From the UHGV virus genome UHGV-1421865: a stretch of DNA of 64,000 bases. One strand, given 5' to 3'. Numbering within the stretch: position 1 is the first letter of the stretch; each line of letters begins with the position of its first letter. Source of the stretch: a virus. The position numbers were made by a program, and so were the translations under genes. Below, piece by piece: positions 7,885 to 17,845 of the stretch. The notes under the pieces were generated by a model that saw nothing but the letters and a program-made list of their open reading frames with translations, searched no databases and had not been told where the DNA came from.

Positions 7885-10800
7885 ATGGCACGATCGTTAA
7901 TGGATACAATACGACAACGAGGAATTAGAACACCGTCTGGAGAAGAACCCGGATCCGAGGAACGCCCGTCGCTTGTAGACTCTATTATTTCCGGTGCGTT
8001 GGTGTCTTTGTTGTACGGCGTCGACGTATCACCCCGTGATGGAGACGACTTGTCTCGTCAAAGTCAGGCTCTTGGATCGAACAGAAACTCGTTATATAGT
8101 CTTATCGCAGATATTAAACGTACTCTGGAAAGTAGAAATGACGGTACACAACCTACTCTCGTTGAATTCAGTCCTACAACACAGTCTAAAATGGACAACA
8201 TCGTTAGATCGTTAGATAGACTAATTGATATTAAAGGTGTATTAGATACAACGGCTGTAGAATTAGAGTTTATACGTCGACTTTTAGAAAATTCTAATGT
8301 ATTATCTACATTGCCAGATAACAGAAACAGTATACAGCAATTAGATATTGTATTAAGATCCGACGGTAACGGTATAGATAAGTTGGTCGAGCTACTTGAT
8401 AAACTTAAAAATTTTAATATAGACGATGAAACAGCACAAAGACAGATTGTCGGTTTAACAGAAGTAGCTCGTGTTGTAAATACACTGAGTGATGTCAATA
8501 TAAATAGAGACGTACAAAATAATGTAAGTGTACTAAACGACATTATAAAAAACTTATCTAGTATACAAATACCGTCATCCGACACTAAACAAAAACAAAA
8601 CGCTACAGATTTCGGCGAAAGAATAACCAACATCATAAAAGCAATAAATAAGATATTTGAAGATGATACTTTTAAGAACTTAGCTAACAATATAAAGTCT
8701 ATAGAAGAAATTAAACATAAAAACGACCGCGACACTTTCGGTATCGGTATGATCGTCGGCTTCTTGGCATCTTTATCGGCCTTTATCGACAATGCAAATG
8801 TTATATCTAAAAAGAAAGTAAATAAAGGATTTAACAAGGTTTTAGTAAGCATGTCCTCTGAAATAGTAGATTCCCTATCAAAAGTAGCGCATAATATGGG
8901 ATCTGCAAAAAATGACATACTTGTCGTATCAGAAATGTTTTCCGGGTATGCTTCTTTTGTAGATACTGCATTGAAAATATCAGATAGATCGTTAGTATCG
9001 TTGTTATTGTTACATGTTAAATTAAAACTATCGTCGTCTGTATTTAATAAGGCATTTCTGGAACTTGTAACGTCTATAAAAGACATATCTATACAAATGG
9101 GTACTATCAGTGCCGTTACTAGAAGTGACTATAGACAACAAATCAATAACATTAAAGAAACATATTCGCAATTTAACGATACTATAGAAGCAATCGGTGA
9201 CGTTATTAGTATACGGTCGATGATAAAGACGATGCTGAAGTTGAAAGCGGCTAAGGGTACTGTCGACAGTGTTAATAAACTACTTACAGAAATGTTCACT
9301 GTTAGTATACCCCCGCGGGATGCTATGCAAGATCGTTTAGACTATTATATAGAACTCGCAACCGGTCTAAAACTAGTATTCGACGAATTACGACTAGTCA
9401 ACGACGCGGGTATCGGTAGACTCGACAAGTCCATAAAGAACCTCGTCGGTGCCGTTAAAGGACTAGATGCACTTGATAAAGTCGTCGGTAAGAAGACGGG
9501 TAAGAATGTAGGTCGTTTCATCCGAGGTTTCATGCACACCTTGTCTACTATCGACGAAAATGCCATCAATAATGCAGAGGAAACAAGTAAGACCTTCGCG
9601 TTGGTCGTCGGTGTCGCAGTCGGTGCATTACTCGTCGTTAGTGCAGCGTCCCTACTAATATCTTGGAAAGCTGTAGTAATGTTCGCTGCGGCGTTACCGT
9701 TGTTTATCTTAGGTGTATCGAAAGCGGCAGCGAAGATGAGCGGTCTTGATATTGACGACAGATCTATGAGTGCTTTTACTGATTTTGTTCTATCGTCTAC
9801 AATAGCGATGGCAGTCGGTAGTTTCTTGATGCGTTTTGTCCAACTTACCGACCTTACAATGTTCGTAGGAGGACTTATTGCTATGACAATCGGTGTCGGT
9901 ACGGCATATCGTATTATCTCCGCTATAGCAAATGCAGATACTATAAAGAATGTTGAAGCATTCAACCAGATGGTCTTGATGTCTGGTACAGTATTAGTTA
10001 TAGGTTCTTATATAACACAATATACCAATAAAGACGGTATATATAAGTTCCTCGGTATGCTCGGTGGCTTTACAGCCGGCGTCTCGTTAATCTATTTAGG
10101 ACTAGCAAAGATACTTAAAGACGACGTACTCAATGTATCAGAGCAATTTGTTGTGTTAGTCGCTGTATCAGGTGCTATTATGTTCGCCGGTGCATTGGTA
10201 TCTAAACTAATCGACCCCGTCGGTCTTATAACATTCACTGCATCGTTAGGTGCATTCTTGTTCGCCGTCAGCGGTATCTACATATTGCTGTCGAAGAAGA
10301 TTGGTAAGGAAGCCGTACAGATCGGTCGTGATTTCATGGTCTTGTTAGTCGTCTCGGGTGCTATCTTATTAGGCGCCGGTATGTTAATGCCTCTTGTTAA
10401 TAAAGAAGGTCTTATAACATTTACTGTGACACTCGGACTGTTCCTCTTAGGGGTCGGACTTGTATATAAGATAATGGGGTCTGTAGTCGACGACGCATTA
10501 AAGCACGCTCGTGACTTTACTATCCTCATCGCAGTGTCCGGTGCTGTACTCTTAGCCGGTGGTGCTATATTAGAAGCAATGGGTCCGAAAGGTATCGCAC
10601 ATGTTATACTGTTCGGTGTACTGTTATTCGGTTTTGTATACGGACTAACATGGATATACAAGAAGAATGCTAAAGATATAACCACTGCATTCGGTGTAGC
10701 GACAGGTCTTGCATTGTTAGTTGCTGTGTCCGGTGCTGTACTGTTAGCCGGTGGTGCTATACTTGAATTGATGGGCAAAGAAGGTGCCTGGTATACCGTC

Positions 10801-13800
10801 TTGTTCGGTGTCATGCTACTGGGCTTTGTCGCTGCACTAACATGGATATATAAGAAGAACGCTACAGATATTGCGATGTCGATACCGACGGCACTAGCAC
10901 TAGGTATACTCGTTGCTATTTCGGGTGCTGTACTACTGGCAGGGGGCAAAGTCATTGCCGATAACAAAGACATGTGGTGGGCAGTTCCTGAATTTGCGGC
11001 GATAACGGTGTTGTTCGTCGGCGGCATGTCGACTGTAATGTACTTATTAAGTCAAATAAAGGGTAATCTAGTCCAAGGTGGTTTAGCGATGTTGGCTATC
11101 GCAGGCATCACATGGTTGATGGGTAAAGCCCTCCAAGAGGTTGCCCTGGTTGCTCGTATCGCATCCGTCGATGAGGTAAAGCAAGTAATGTTGATAGGGG
11201 GTGTCCTAATTACGGGTGTGACGGCTATCGCCGCTGCATTGGGCGCTATCATAACAAGCGGTGTCGGAGCACTACTGTTGGGGGCCGGTGCCGCCGCACT
11301 TGCTGGTGTAATCGGCTTTGTATTCGCTATCAGTGAAATGGTGCGAAATGTCGTAGTGACAGCTACAATACTAAACAATGCACCTGAAATAGACTTTGAT
11401 AAGGTAAATGGTCTCGTCACCGGTATGTTCGGCATCGCTAAAAATATGGTAGAGGCGGCACCGTGGACGCTGATGGTGAAAGCAAAACTTGTGAGTAGTA
11501 CCATAATGGATCTTATCGGATCACTGGGTACTGTTGCTCAAGTAGTAAAAGACTTGGCAGACTTGAAGATTCCTATATATAACGGTACTAAATTATCCGG
11601 TTATATTACAATAGGCGACGAAACATTCGCTACTGTTGCCTCTAATATAGAAAAAATAATAACGGCGGTAACACGACCGCTTGTCGATACGATAAAAAAG
11701 AACCCAGATCTGTTCGGCACAGGTGATTTCTTCTCGAACCCATTTGTCGATACACCGGCTGTAGCCGCTGCGAAGATGGTAGGACATGTCGGTAATTCGT
11801 TAAGTAAGGTGGCACAGGGTGTTAAAGACTTAGCCGAACTTAAGATTCCTGTATATAACGGTACTACATTAACTAAGTATGTTACATTAGGCAACGAGAC
11901 GTTCAGTAAGGTCTCTACAAACGTAAAGAGTCTTATACTGGCAGTAGCTCGTCCGATTGTGTCGACTATTAAAGACAATCCAGATCTATTCAAAGAAGGT
12001 GCATTCAACGACAGTCCGGCTGTGAATGCGGCGAAAGCCGTCGGTGAAATAGGAAAAACGTTGACGCCGTTGGCACAGGGTGTTCAGTTCTGGTCGATGT
12101 TGAAGGTACCCGTTTACGAAGGTGAAAAGATAAAAGAATACATCACATTAGGAGACGATCAATTTGCACAGGTTGCTATAAATATAAAACGTGTAATCGA
12201 AGCTGTTGGCGGCGCACTTGTCACCACAGTAAAAAACAGTACGTTTATATTCGGTAGCTGGAACGGTGGTCTGATTAGTTCAGATGCACCAGCGTTGAAT
12301 GCGTCCAAGTCTATCTTACTGATTTCCAATTCGTTATCTCCAATAGCACAATGTCTGGCATATTATGCGTCTGGTAAATTCCCTATTATAACAGGATATG
12401 ATGCTCATGGCAAACCGATAATCGACTTGTCGACTACGATAACACAGGACACGATGAAGGTTGCACAACAGAACATCAAAGACGTTCTCACAGCTATATT
12501 AGATGTATTAAAAGACGTACAAGGCGATTTCGGAGGCGACTGGTTCGGTAGCGGTTCGGATGTAGAAAGAGCAAGTAAGGCTGTTACAGAAGTAGCGAAT
12601 TCGTTAAAGACAATGGTCGACGTCGTCGGTAATATGAGTAAAACGGACTTTGCAACTGTTAATGCTCAAGTAAATACGACACAGAAAAACATCAAGAGTC
12701 TATTAGAAGGTGTTGTTAGTATATTCACATTATTTAATAGTACAGCTAAAGATGCCGAGGGTAAAGACATGACAAACGGTTGGTTGAGTCGTATTTGGAA
12801 TGGTAAGAATAAGACAATAGAACAATTCTTAAACGACACTGCCGGTGATATTAAGTCGGCTATTGGTGGTATAGTAGATGCTTCTAAGGAAATAAGTAAG
12901 TTATTTACTGAAATAAGTGATCTTCAAAAGACAATTACCGATAACCAGAATTCAGTTACTAGCTTTATTAAACAAACACCTGTTGAGAAGGGTAGTAAAG
13001 AGATGCAATATGTTATTGTCAAGAACATAGGTAATATACTGTCTACGTTCACTGCGATAGTTAGTAGTATAGACAAAGAAGAACTCTCAAGCAACGCTTC
13101 GGATATTAAAACGATTGCTAAAGACGTTGATACATTCACCGACGGGTTCGGAGATATTCTAAAGTCACTTACCAAGGCGATGCAGTCGACCAATAGTTTT
13201 GTGAGTGCCGATCGCAGTGCGTTGGGTAACTTACAAGCGGTATTAAATGAATACAAGAACAGTATGTTGAAAATGGTAACTGTATTTAAGGGTATCGGAT
13301 CTGTTTCGATGCGAGATATTGCAGACACCACAATGTACCAGGACAGAGCGTTTAATCTACTTATAAGAACAGCACAGAACGCTTCGAACGCCGGAGGTAA
13401 CGGTTATTCTATCCTCGCGAAGGGTATTCTCGAGATTGCTGAAGCCGAAGCACAGCTTGGTCAGAACCAGACATTCGCTCAGCACGCCGCTGTCATGGAA
13501 CGGTATGTACAGACTATCAATGCGGTGAAGGTCGGCAACTTAGACAGGCTGAACAGTTTCGCTATCAGCTTAAACAACCTGGCAGAAAAGTTAGGAAATG
13601 TCGATAAACTCACTCATGCGTTAGCTGTGCATTTGACCGGTGTTCTTAATAGACTGGTTAAGGAAATAGAACGTGCCGAAAAGACCATCAATAACGCCGA
13701 TAAGATGCAGGTTCGTCGCTTCGATATGATCAAGAAATCTGTTAAGGACGTACAAAAGATTATGGACAAGAAGCTCGTTGTAGAAGTGAACCAAGGCATG

Positions 13801-14022
13801 GCTGGCGATGCCACATTAGAAGGCGGGGGTGTAGACTACGGTGGTACATCTAATTCAAGCACGACGATGAACGTTTCGGCGCCGTCCGGTTCTAGCACCG
13901 ACACTACTCCTACCACTAATAAAGCAAATAAAAAGAACGGTAGTATAGGTCTTACAGAACTCAACGAAGCACTCAGTGCAAACAACGACGTACTTGTTCG
14001 TAAATTAAAAGGTCGAAAATAG
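7885..14022 (+). CDS. giant 2045-aa membrane-spanning virion protein (tape-measure or ejection-protein candidate)
   Basis: Single 6.1 kb ORF; coiled-coil-like N-terminal third; at least 10 hydrophobic helices with 4 repeats of SGA.LLAGGAILE.MG...LFGV.L.GFV..LTWIYKKNA.DI; three repeats of about 85 aa KDLADLKIPIYNGT... Confidence 0.5.
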   Translation: MARSLMDTIRQRGIRTPSGEEPGSEERPSLVDSIISGALVSLLYGVDVSPRDGDDLSRQSQALGSNRNSLYSLIADIKRTLESRNDGTQPTLVEFSPTTQSKMDNIVRSLDRLIDIKGVLDTTAVELEFIRRLLENSNVLSTLPDNRNSIQQLDIVLRSDGNGIDKLVELLDKLKNFNIDDETAQRQIVGLTEVARVVNTLSDVNINRDVQNNVSVLNDIIKNLSSIQIPSSDTKQKQNATDFGERITNIIKAINKIFEDDTFKNLANNIKSIEEIKHKNDRDTFGIGMIVGFLASLSAFIDNANVISKKKVNKGFNKVLVSMSSEIVDSLSKVAHNMGSAKNDILVVSEMFSGYASFVDTALKISDRSLVSLLLLHVKLKLSSSVFNKAFLELVTSIKDISIQMGTISAVTRSDYRQQINNIKETYSQFNDTIEAIGDVISIRSMIKTMLKLKAAKGTVDSVNKLLTEMFTVSIPPRDAMQDRLDYYIELATGLKLVFDELRLVNDAGIGRLDKSIKNLVGAVKGLDALDKVVGKKTGKNVGRFIRGFMHTLSTIDENAINNAEETSKTFALVVGVAVGALLVVSAASLLISWKAVVMFAAALPLFILGVSKAAAKMSGLDIDDRSMSAFTDFVLSSTIAMAVGSFLMRFVQLTDLTMFVGGLIAMTIGVGTAYRIISAIANADTIKNVEAFNQMVLMSGTVLVIGSYITQYTNKDGIYKFLGMLGGFTAGVSLIYLGLAKILKDDVLNVSEQFVVLVAVSGAIMFAGALVSKLIDPVGLITFTASLGAFLFAVSGIYILLSKKIGKEAVQIGRDFMVLLVVSGAILLGAGMLMPLVNKEGLITFTVTLGLFLLGVGLVYKIMGSVVDDALKHARDFTILIAVSGAVLLAGGAILEAMGPKGIAHVILFGVLLFGFVYGLTWIYKKNAKDITTAFGVATGLALLVAVSGAVLLAGGAILELMGKEGAWYTVLFGVMLLGFVAALTWIYKKNATDIAMSIPTALALGILVAISGAVLLAGGKVIADNKDMWWAVPEFAAITVLFVGGMSTVMYLLSQIKGNLVQGGLAMLAIAGITWLMGKALQEVALVARIASVDEVKQVMLIGGVLITGVTAIAAALGAIITSGVGALLLGAGAAALAGVIGFVFAISEMVRNVVVTATILNNAPEIDFDKVNGLVTGMFGIAKNMVEAAPWTLMVKAKLVSSTIMDLIGSLGTVAQVVKDLADLKIPIYNGTKLSGYITIGDETFATVASNIEKIITAVTRPLVDTIKKNPDLFGTGDFFSNPFVDTPAVAAAKMVGHVGNSLSKVAQGVKDLAELKIPVYNGTTLTKYVTLGNETFSKVSTNVKSLILAVARPIVSTIKDNPDLFKEGAFNDSPAVNAAKAVGEIGKTLTPLAQGVQFWSMLKVPVYEGEKIKEYITLGDDQFAQVAINIKRVIEAVGGALVTTVKNSTFIFGSWNGGLISSDAPALNASKSILLISNSLSPIAQCLAYYASGKFPIITGYDAHGKPIIDLSTTITQDTMKVAQQNIKDVLTAILDVLKDVQGDFGGDWFGSGSDVERASKAVTEVANSLKTMVDVVGNMSKTDFATVNAQVNTTQKNIKSLLEGVVSIFTLFNSTAKDAEGKDMTNGWLSRIWNGKNKTIEQFLNDTAGDIKSAIGGIVDASKEISKLFTEISDLQKTITDNQNSVTSFIKQTPVEKGSKEMQYVIVKNIGNILSTFTAIVSSIDKEELSSNASDIKTIAKDVDTFTDGFGDILKSLTKAMQSTNSFVSADRSALGNLQAVLNEYKNSMLKMVTVFKGIGSVSMRDIADTTMYQDRAFNLLIRTAQNASNAGGNGYSILAKGILEIAEAEAQLGQNQTFAQHAAVMERYVQTINAVKVGNLDRLNSFAISLNNLAEKLGNVDKLTHALAVHLTGVLNRLVKEIERAEKTINNADKMQVRRFDMIKKSVKDVQKIMDKKLVVEVNQGMAGDATLEGGGVDYGGTSNSSTTMNVSAPSGSSTDTTPTTNKANKKNGSIGLTELNEALSANNDVLVRKLKGRK

Positions 14023-14029
14023 TACTTAT

Positions 14030-14070
14030 CAATAACAAAATAAGACGGTCTCTGGAATGAACGAGATCGT
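14030..14070. terminator. hairpin terminator after giant gene
   Basis: AATAAGACGgtctc...gagatCGTCTTATTTCAG; stem then T-run. Confidence 0.5.
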
Positions 14071-14109
14071 CTTATTTCAGTTATATATCGACTAAACTCT
14101 AAACGTCCA

Positions 14110-14258
14110 AAAATCTCCTCTCTAACGCACGATTTTTCTTTGACCTTCACTAGGCTAAGCCTAGTATATTTGAGTGCGTTAGAGAGCCTTAAAAGTGCCT
14201 TTACGGGCTTGTAATGTATTTGTACGTCCCTGCCCAAAACAGAAAACGTACAAATCAG
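14110..14258 (-). repeat. conserved about 150-nt intergenic element, copy C
   Basis: CTCTCTAACGCAC...GTGCGTTAGAGAG perfect stem; inner hairpin CTAGGCTAAGCCTAG; TAtaTTTG motif preceded by TTTG 22 nt upstream. Confidence 0.6.
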
Positions 14259-14322
14259 GACAAAAAGTATGATTTATCATATAAAAACAGCTATTGTAAA
14301 TATACAAATATAGTAAATAAAT

Positions 14323-14883
14323 GTGATAACAATCGGAATCGACCCGAGTATAAACTCTACCGGCATCTGCGTTAACGAACGAGATGTGAACGGAAAACAA
14401 AAAATAAAGTTCTATATTATAAGACCTAATAACCTTACAAAGAAAGAACAAAATATCAAGTTGAGTAACTTTAAGTTCTTATTGTACGATAAGGTATCGA
14501 GTACAGACAAGCATGAAAACGAGGTGTGTAAAACAAGAAATTTATTATATATAACAGATCATATTAAAACAGTACTAAAATCGGCTGTTCGAAAGGTAGG
14601 TACAGAGAACGTAAAAGTATACATGGAAGGTATCTCATACGGTTCGTTACAGACACTTTCGGTGTTTGACTTGGCCGGTCTAAATTATCTTATTCGCGGT
14701 ACTTGTGAATCGCTTAATATATCATATACCATAGTACCGCCGTCGGAAGCAAAGAAGCACGCCACCGGTAAAGGTAACGCATCGAAGGAACTAATATCGA
14801 AAACTTTCTTGACGTTGTATCCTAAAATGGGTGTACTAAAGAAGGTAGACGACATCGCAGATGCCTATTTCATGTCTATCTAG
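14323..14883 (+). CDS. RuvC-like Holliday junction resolvase
   Basis: MITIGIDPSINSTGICV (GIDPS...G), YMEGISYG, C-terminal ADAYFM acidic residue pattern. Confidence 0.55.
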   Translation: MITIGIDPSINSTGICVNERDVNGKQKIKFYIIRPNNLTKKEQNIKLSNFKFLLYDKVSSTDKHENEVCKTRNLLYITDHIKTVLKSAVRKVGTENVKVYMEGISYGSLQTLSVFDLAGLNYLIRGTCESLNISYTIVPPSEAKKHATGKGNASKELISKTFLTLYPKMGVLKKVDDIADAYFMSI

Positions 14884-14904
14884 ATTTTATAGATAAGTTT
14901 TATA

Positions 14905-15270
14905 ATGAAAGAAAAGAAAATTTTATATCTTTCACTCAAGAAAGAATGGTACAACTTAATCGATGACGGTGTAAAGACTGAGGAATATCGTGAGATTAAA
15001 TCGTATTGGGTTAAGAGATTGTTGTATATGACAAATGGTAAAATGGATGCAACCAATGTTGAGGATATTACAAATAGTATTAAAGAATTTGGTGATATTC
15101 CAACCGATATGTGTTTCGTGCCATATACTGATGTTTGTTTCTCTTATGGCTATATGAAAAAACGTATGACGTTTAAGATTGATGGCATTAGTATTTCCAA
15201 TGGGAAGACAGAATGGGGTGCACCTGAGCAGGACAAAGTATTTGTAATTAAATTAGGAGAACGAATTTAA
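14905..15270 (+). CDS. ASCH-like (PUA-fold) domain protein
   Basis: 121 aa; GVKTEEYRE fits the ASCH G.K..E.R motif; noticeably AT-rich codon usage. Confidence 0.4.
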   Translation: MKEKKILYLSLKKEWYNLIDDGVKTEEYREIKSYWVKRLLYMTNGKMDATNVEDITNSIKEFGDIPTDMCFVPYTDVCFSYGYMKKRMTFKIDGISISNGKTEWGAPEQDKVFVIKLGERI

Positions 15271-15507
15271 TGAAAAAAGATACAAAAGTATTTGGAAAAA
15301 TACTCCAAGTAAAGTATAATAGATTTGTAAGTTAAATGTTAAATTAAAAATTAAGGTAATGAGAGTTATGACAGTTAATGAACGTATTACCCAAGATGTA
15401 GTATTTTGGTAATGTCCCCAATTACGATACGTTCCTGGGAGAGGCGGTACATGATGATGTGCAATACCTTATTGATTCTTTGAAAGAACATAAGAAAGAA
15501 AACACGT

Positions 15508-15530
15508 AATGGAGGATTAATAGTCCTCCA
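15508..15530. terminator. hairpin GGAGGA-TTAATAG-TCCTCC in AT-rich spacer
   Basis: Perfect 6-bp stem followed by T-rich run; lies between ASCH and methyltransferase genes. Confidence 0.3.
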
Positions 15531-15627
15531 ACTTACATTTGTTTTAATGTTTACATTACATAATTTTATAAGTTTTGTTGGTTTTAACCAATCATTATAG
15601 TAAAATAAATAAAAAGACTTAAGATAT

Positions 15628-16893
15628 ATGGATATTATTGAAATGTTTGCGGGTGTTGGTGGTTTTAGAGTTGGCTTTGAACGTGTGAATGAAAATCATA
15701 AAGAAGAGCCGAAGTTCTTTAACACAATATGGAGTAATCAATTTGAACCTTCAACAAAAATACAACACGCTTCACGTACATACCAACGAGTTTTTGGCCA
15801 AGACGGTCATTTTAATCAAGATATTGCAACAGTGAAAAGTGATGATATTCCTATTCACGATATGTTGGTCGGTGGTTTTCCTTGTCAGGATTATAGTGTT
15901 GCACGTGTGCTTAGTCAAGCATCGGGTATTGAAGGAAAGAGTGGTGTATTATGGTGGCAAATTGTTAGAATTATTAAAGATAAAGGAGACAAAGGTCCAA
16001 AGATTTTGTTTTTGGAGAATGTAGACAGACTACTAAGTTCTCCTGCCAAACAACGAGGCCGTGATTTTGCCATTATTTTAGAATCATTGAATGATTTAGG
16101 TTATATTGTCGAATGGAGAATAATTAATGCAGCTGAATATGGTATGCCTCAACGAAGAAAACGTACCTACATTCTTGCATACAAGAAAGGAACAACAATT
16201 GCAAAAAAAATAAAAGAACCAACAGAATGGCTGTTTAATGATGGAGTATTTGCAAAAGCCTTTCCTGTTAGTGATTACTGTGAAGAAACACCAATTGTTG
16301 GTATTCCTTTGAAAAGTAACCCTAATTGGGACTTGGTCGATTTATCACAAGAATTCAATAATGGTGGAAAGAAAACGCCATTTCTAAATGCAGGGTTGAT
16401 GATTGATGGTGTCTTTTACACATACAAGACAAACCCATCATATAATGGAAAATTCACATTCTTAGGGGACATTCTTGTAAGTGGTAAAGATAGAGAATTA
16501 ATTACAGAGGATTTTTATATTTCAGAAAATGAGTTACCCAAGTGGAAATACTTAAAAGGTTCAAAACGTGAAATTCGTAAAACGAAAGATGGTAATGAAT
16601 TTACTTACACAGAGGGAGCAATGGTTTTTCCTGACCCACTTGATAAGGCATCAAGAACTATTATAACATCTGAAGGTGGTAAGACACCATCTCGTTTCAA
16701 ACACGTCATTAAAGACCCAATAAACGGAAGATATAGAAGACTTGTTCCATTAGAACTTGAACGATTAGATATGTTTCCTGACAATCACACAGAAGGAGAA
16801 AACGACGTAAAACGAGCATTCTTTATGGGCAATGCGCTTGTTTGTGGTGTAATCACAAAAGTTGGTGAAGAAATACGGAAAAGATTGATATGA
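15628..16893 (+). CDS. DNA (cytosine-5)-methyltransferase
   Basis: Motif I FAGVGGF, motif IV GGFPCQDYS, motif VI LFLENVDRLL, motif VIII QRRKRTYI, motif X FFMGNALV; low GC. Confidence 0.85.
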   Translation: MDIIEMFAGVGGFRVGFERVNENHKEEPKFFNTIWSNQFEPSTKIQHASRTYQRVFGQDGHFNQDIATVKSDDIPIHDMLVGGFPCQDYSVARVLSQASGIEGKSGVLWWQIVRIIKDKGDKGPKILFLENVDRLLSSPAKQRGRDFAIILESLNDLGYIVEWRIINAAEYGMPQRRKRTYILAYKKGTTIAKKIKEPTEWLFNDGVFAKAFPVSDYCEETPIVGIPLKSNPNWDLVDLSQEFNNGGKKTPFLNAGLMIDGVFYTYKTNPSYNGKFTFLGDILVSGKDRELITEDFYISENELPKWKYLKGSKREIRKTKDGNEFTYTEGAMVFPDPLDKASRTIITSEGGKTPSRFKHVIKDPINGRYRRLVPLELERLDMFPDNHTEGENDVKRAFFMGNALVCGVITKVGEEIRKRLI

Positions 16894-17082
16894 TTTGGAT
16901 TATTAACCAACACCGTGGTATAATGATTTAAACTATAATGGTTGATTTATGTTACTCTTCCTTAATAGAACTACCAAAAGGTTCAAAGGTAAAAGGTATA
17001 TGTCAAAACGACACAGGTACAGTAGAGTTCAAATTTACACACAGAGCATCGTTGAGATTATTATTTATAACTAGTATAATAT

Positions 17083-17781
17083 ATGTCAAATTTAGGAACA
17101 GCACATATCCTTGTCGGTGAACTGGCAAAGGATTATAGTAAACTTTCTACAGAAGAAAAAAATAAACTAGCACGTACCTTGTTCGGCATTTCCGATAAGG
17201 CGTCGTCTGAGTCTACACCAAAACCTACACTACCTACTAGTGATCTATCGTCTATCACAGAAATAACATCCGGCGATGCCGTTGCAACTGTTAAACCTGT
17301 AGCAGTTACTGAACCTACAGTTGTAGTAGGAGAAACAAAAGAGATTACCATATCGGCTGTGAAAGTATCTACTTTTTATAGCGATAAAGCGATGAAACTC
17401 CCCGAAGGGATTGTCGCAAACGCCGTAGAGGTCAATAAAGAGAACGGTACAGTCAAACTTAAAGACATCGGTCGTGTAGTACCTGCAAATACCGGTGTTA
17501 TCCTCACAGGAGAGTCCGGAACCTATACACTAACGTCGACTACAGAAGCTGCAAAGGAATTCGGTAAAAACGACCTTAAAGGTTCATTGACAGACATTCC
17601 TGCAAGTGAAGTATCCACATCGTCTGATGTTTATTATGCGCTGGCTGTTAATAAAGGAACTCCTTGTTTCGGTATTGTAGAAACCGATATTCCGGCAGGC
17701 AAAGCTTACTTCACTGTTCCTAAGTCTGATTCGACGGATAGTCGATTCCCCAATGGTTTTACTATTTCAAATCAAGACTAA
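17083..17781 (+). CDS. hypothetical Ser/Thr-rich protein
   Basis: 232 aa ORF. Confidence 0.4.
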   Translation: MSNLGTAHILVGELAKDYSKLSTEEKNKLARTLFGISDKASSESTPKPTLPTSDLSSITEITSGDAVATVKPVAVTEPTVVVGETKEITISAVKVSTFYSDKAMKLPEGIVANAVEVNKENGTVKLKDIGRVVPANTGVILTGESGTYTLTSTTEAAKEFGKNDLKGSLTDIPASEVSTSSDVYYALAVNKGTPCFGIVETDIPAGKAYFTVPKSDSTDSRFPNGFTISNQD

Positions 17782-17797
17782 CTTTGTACACAGAAAA

Positions 17798-17843
17798 AAA
17801 ATAACAGTCGAGCAACTCATTATGAATTGTTCGACTGTTATTA
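17798..17843. terminator. bidirectional hairpin terminator between convergent genes
   Basis: ATAACAGTCGA...TCGACTGTTAT, 11-bp stem flanked by A-run and T-run. Confidence 0.55.
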
Positions 17844-17845
17844 TG

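Noticed and set aside
8064-13331. Long minus-strand ORFs (8064..9086, 9345..9965, 10278..11027, 11052..11504, 11601..12008, 12924..13331) inside the giant gene
   Set aside because: All lie antisense within the continuous 2045-aa reading frame. They are low-complexity Ser/Thr/Ala/Ile-rich translations of the opposite strand with no independent start context.
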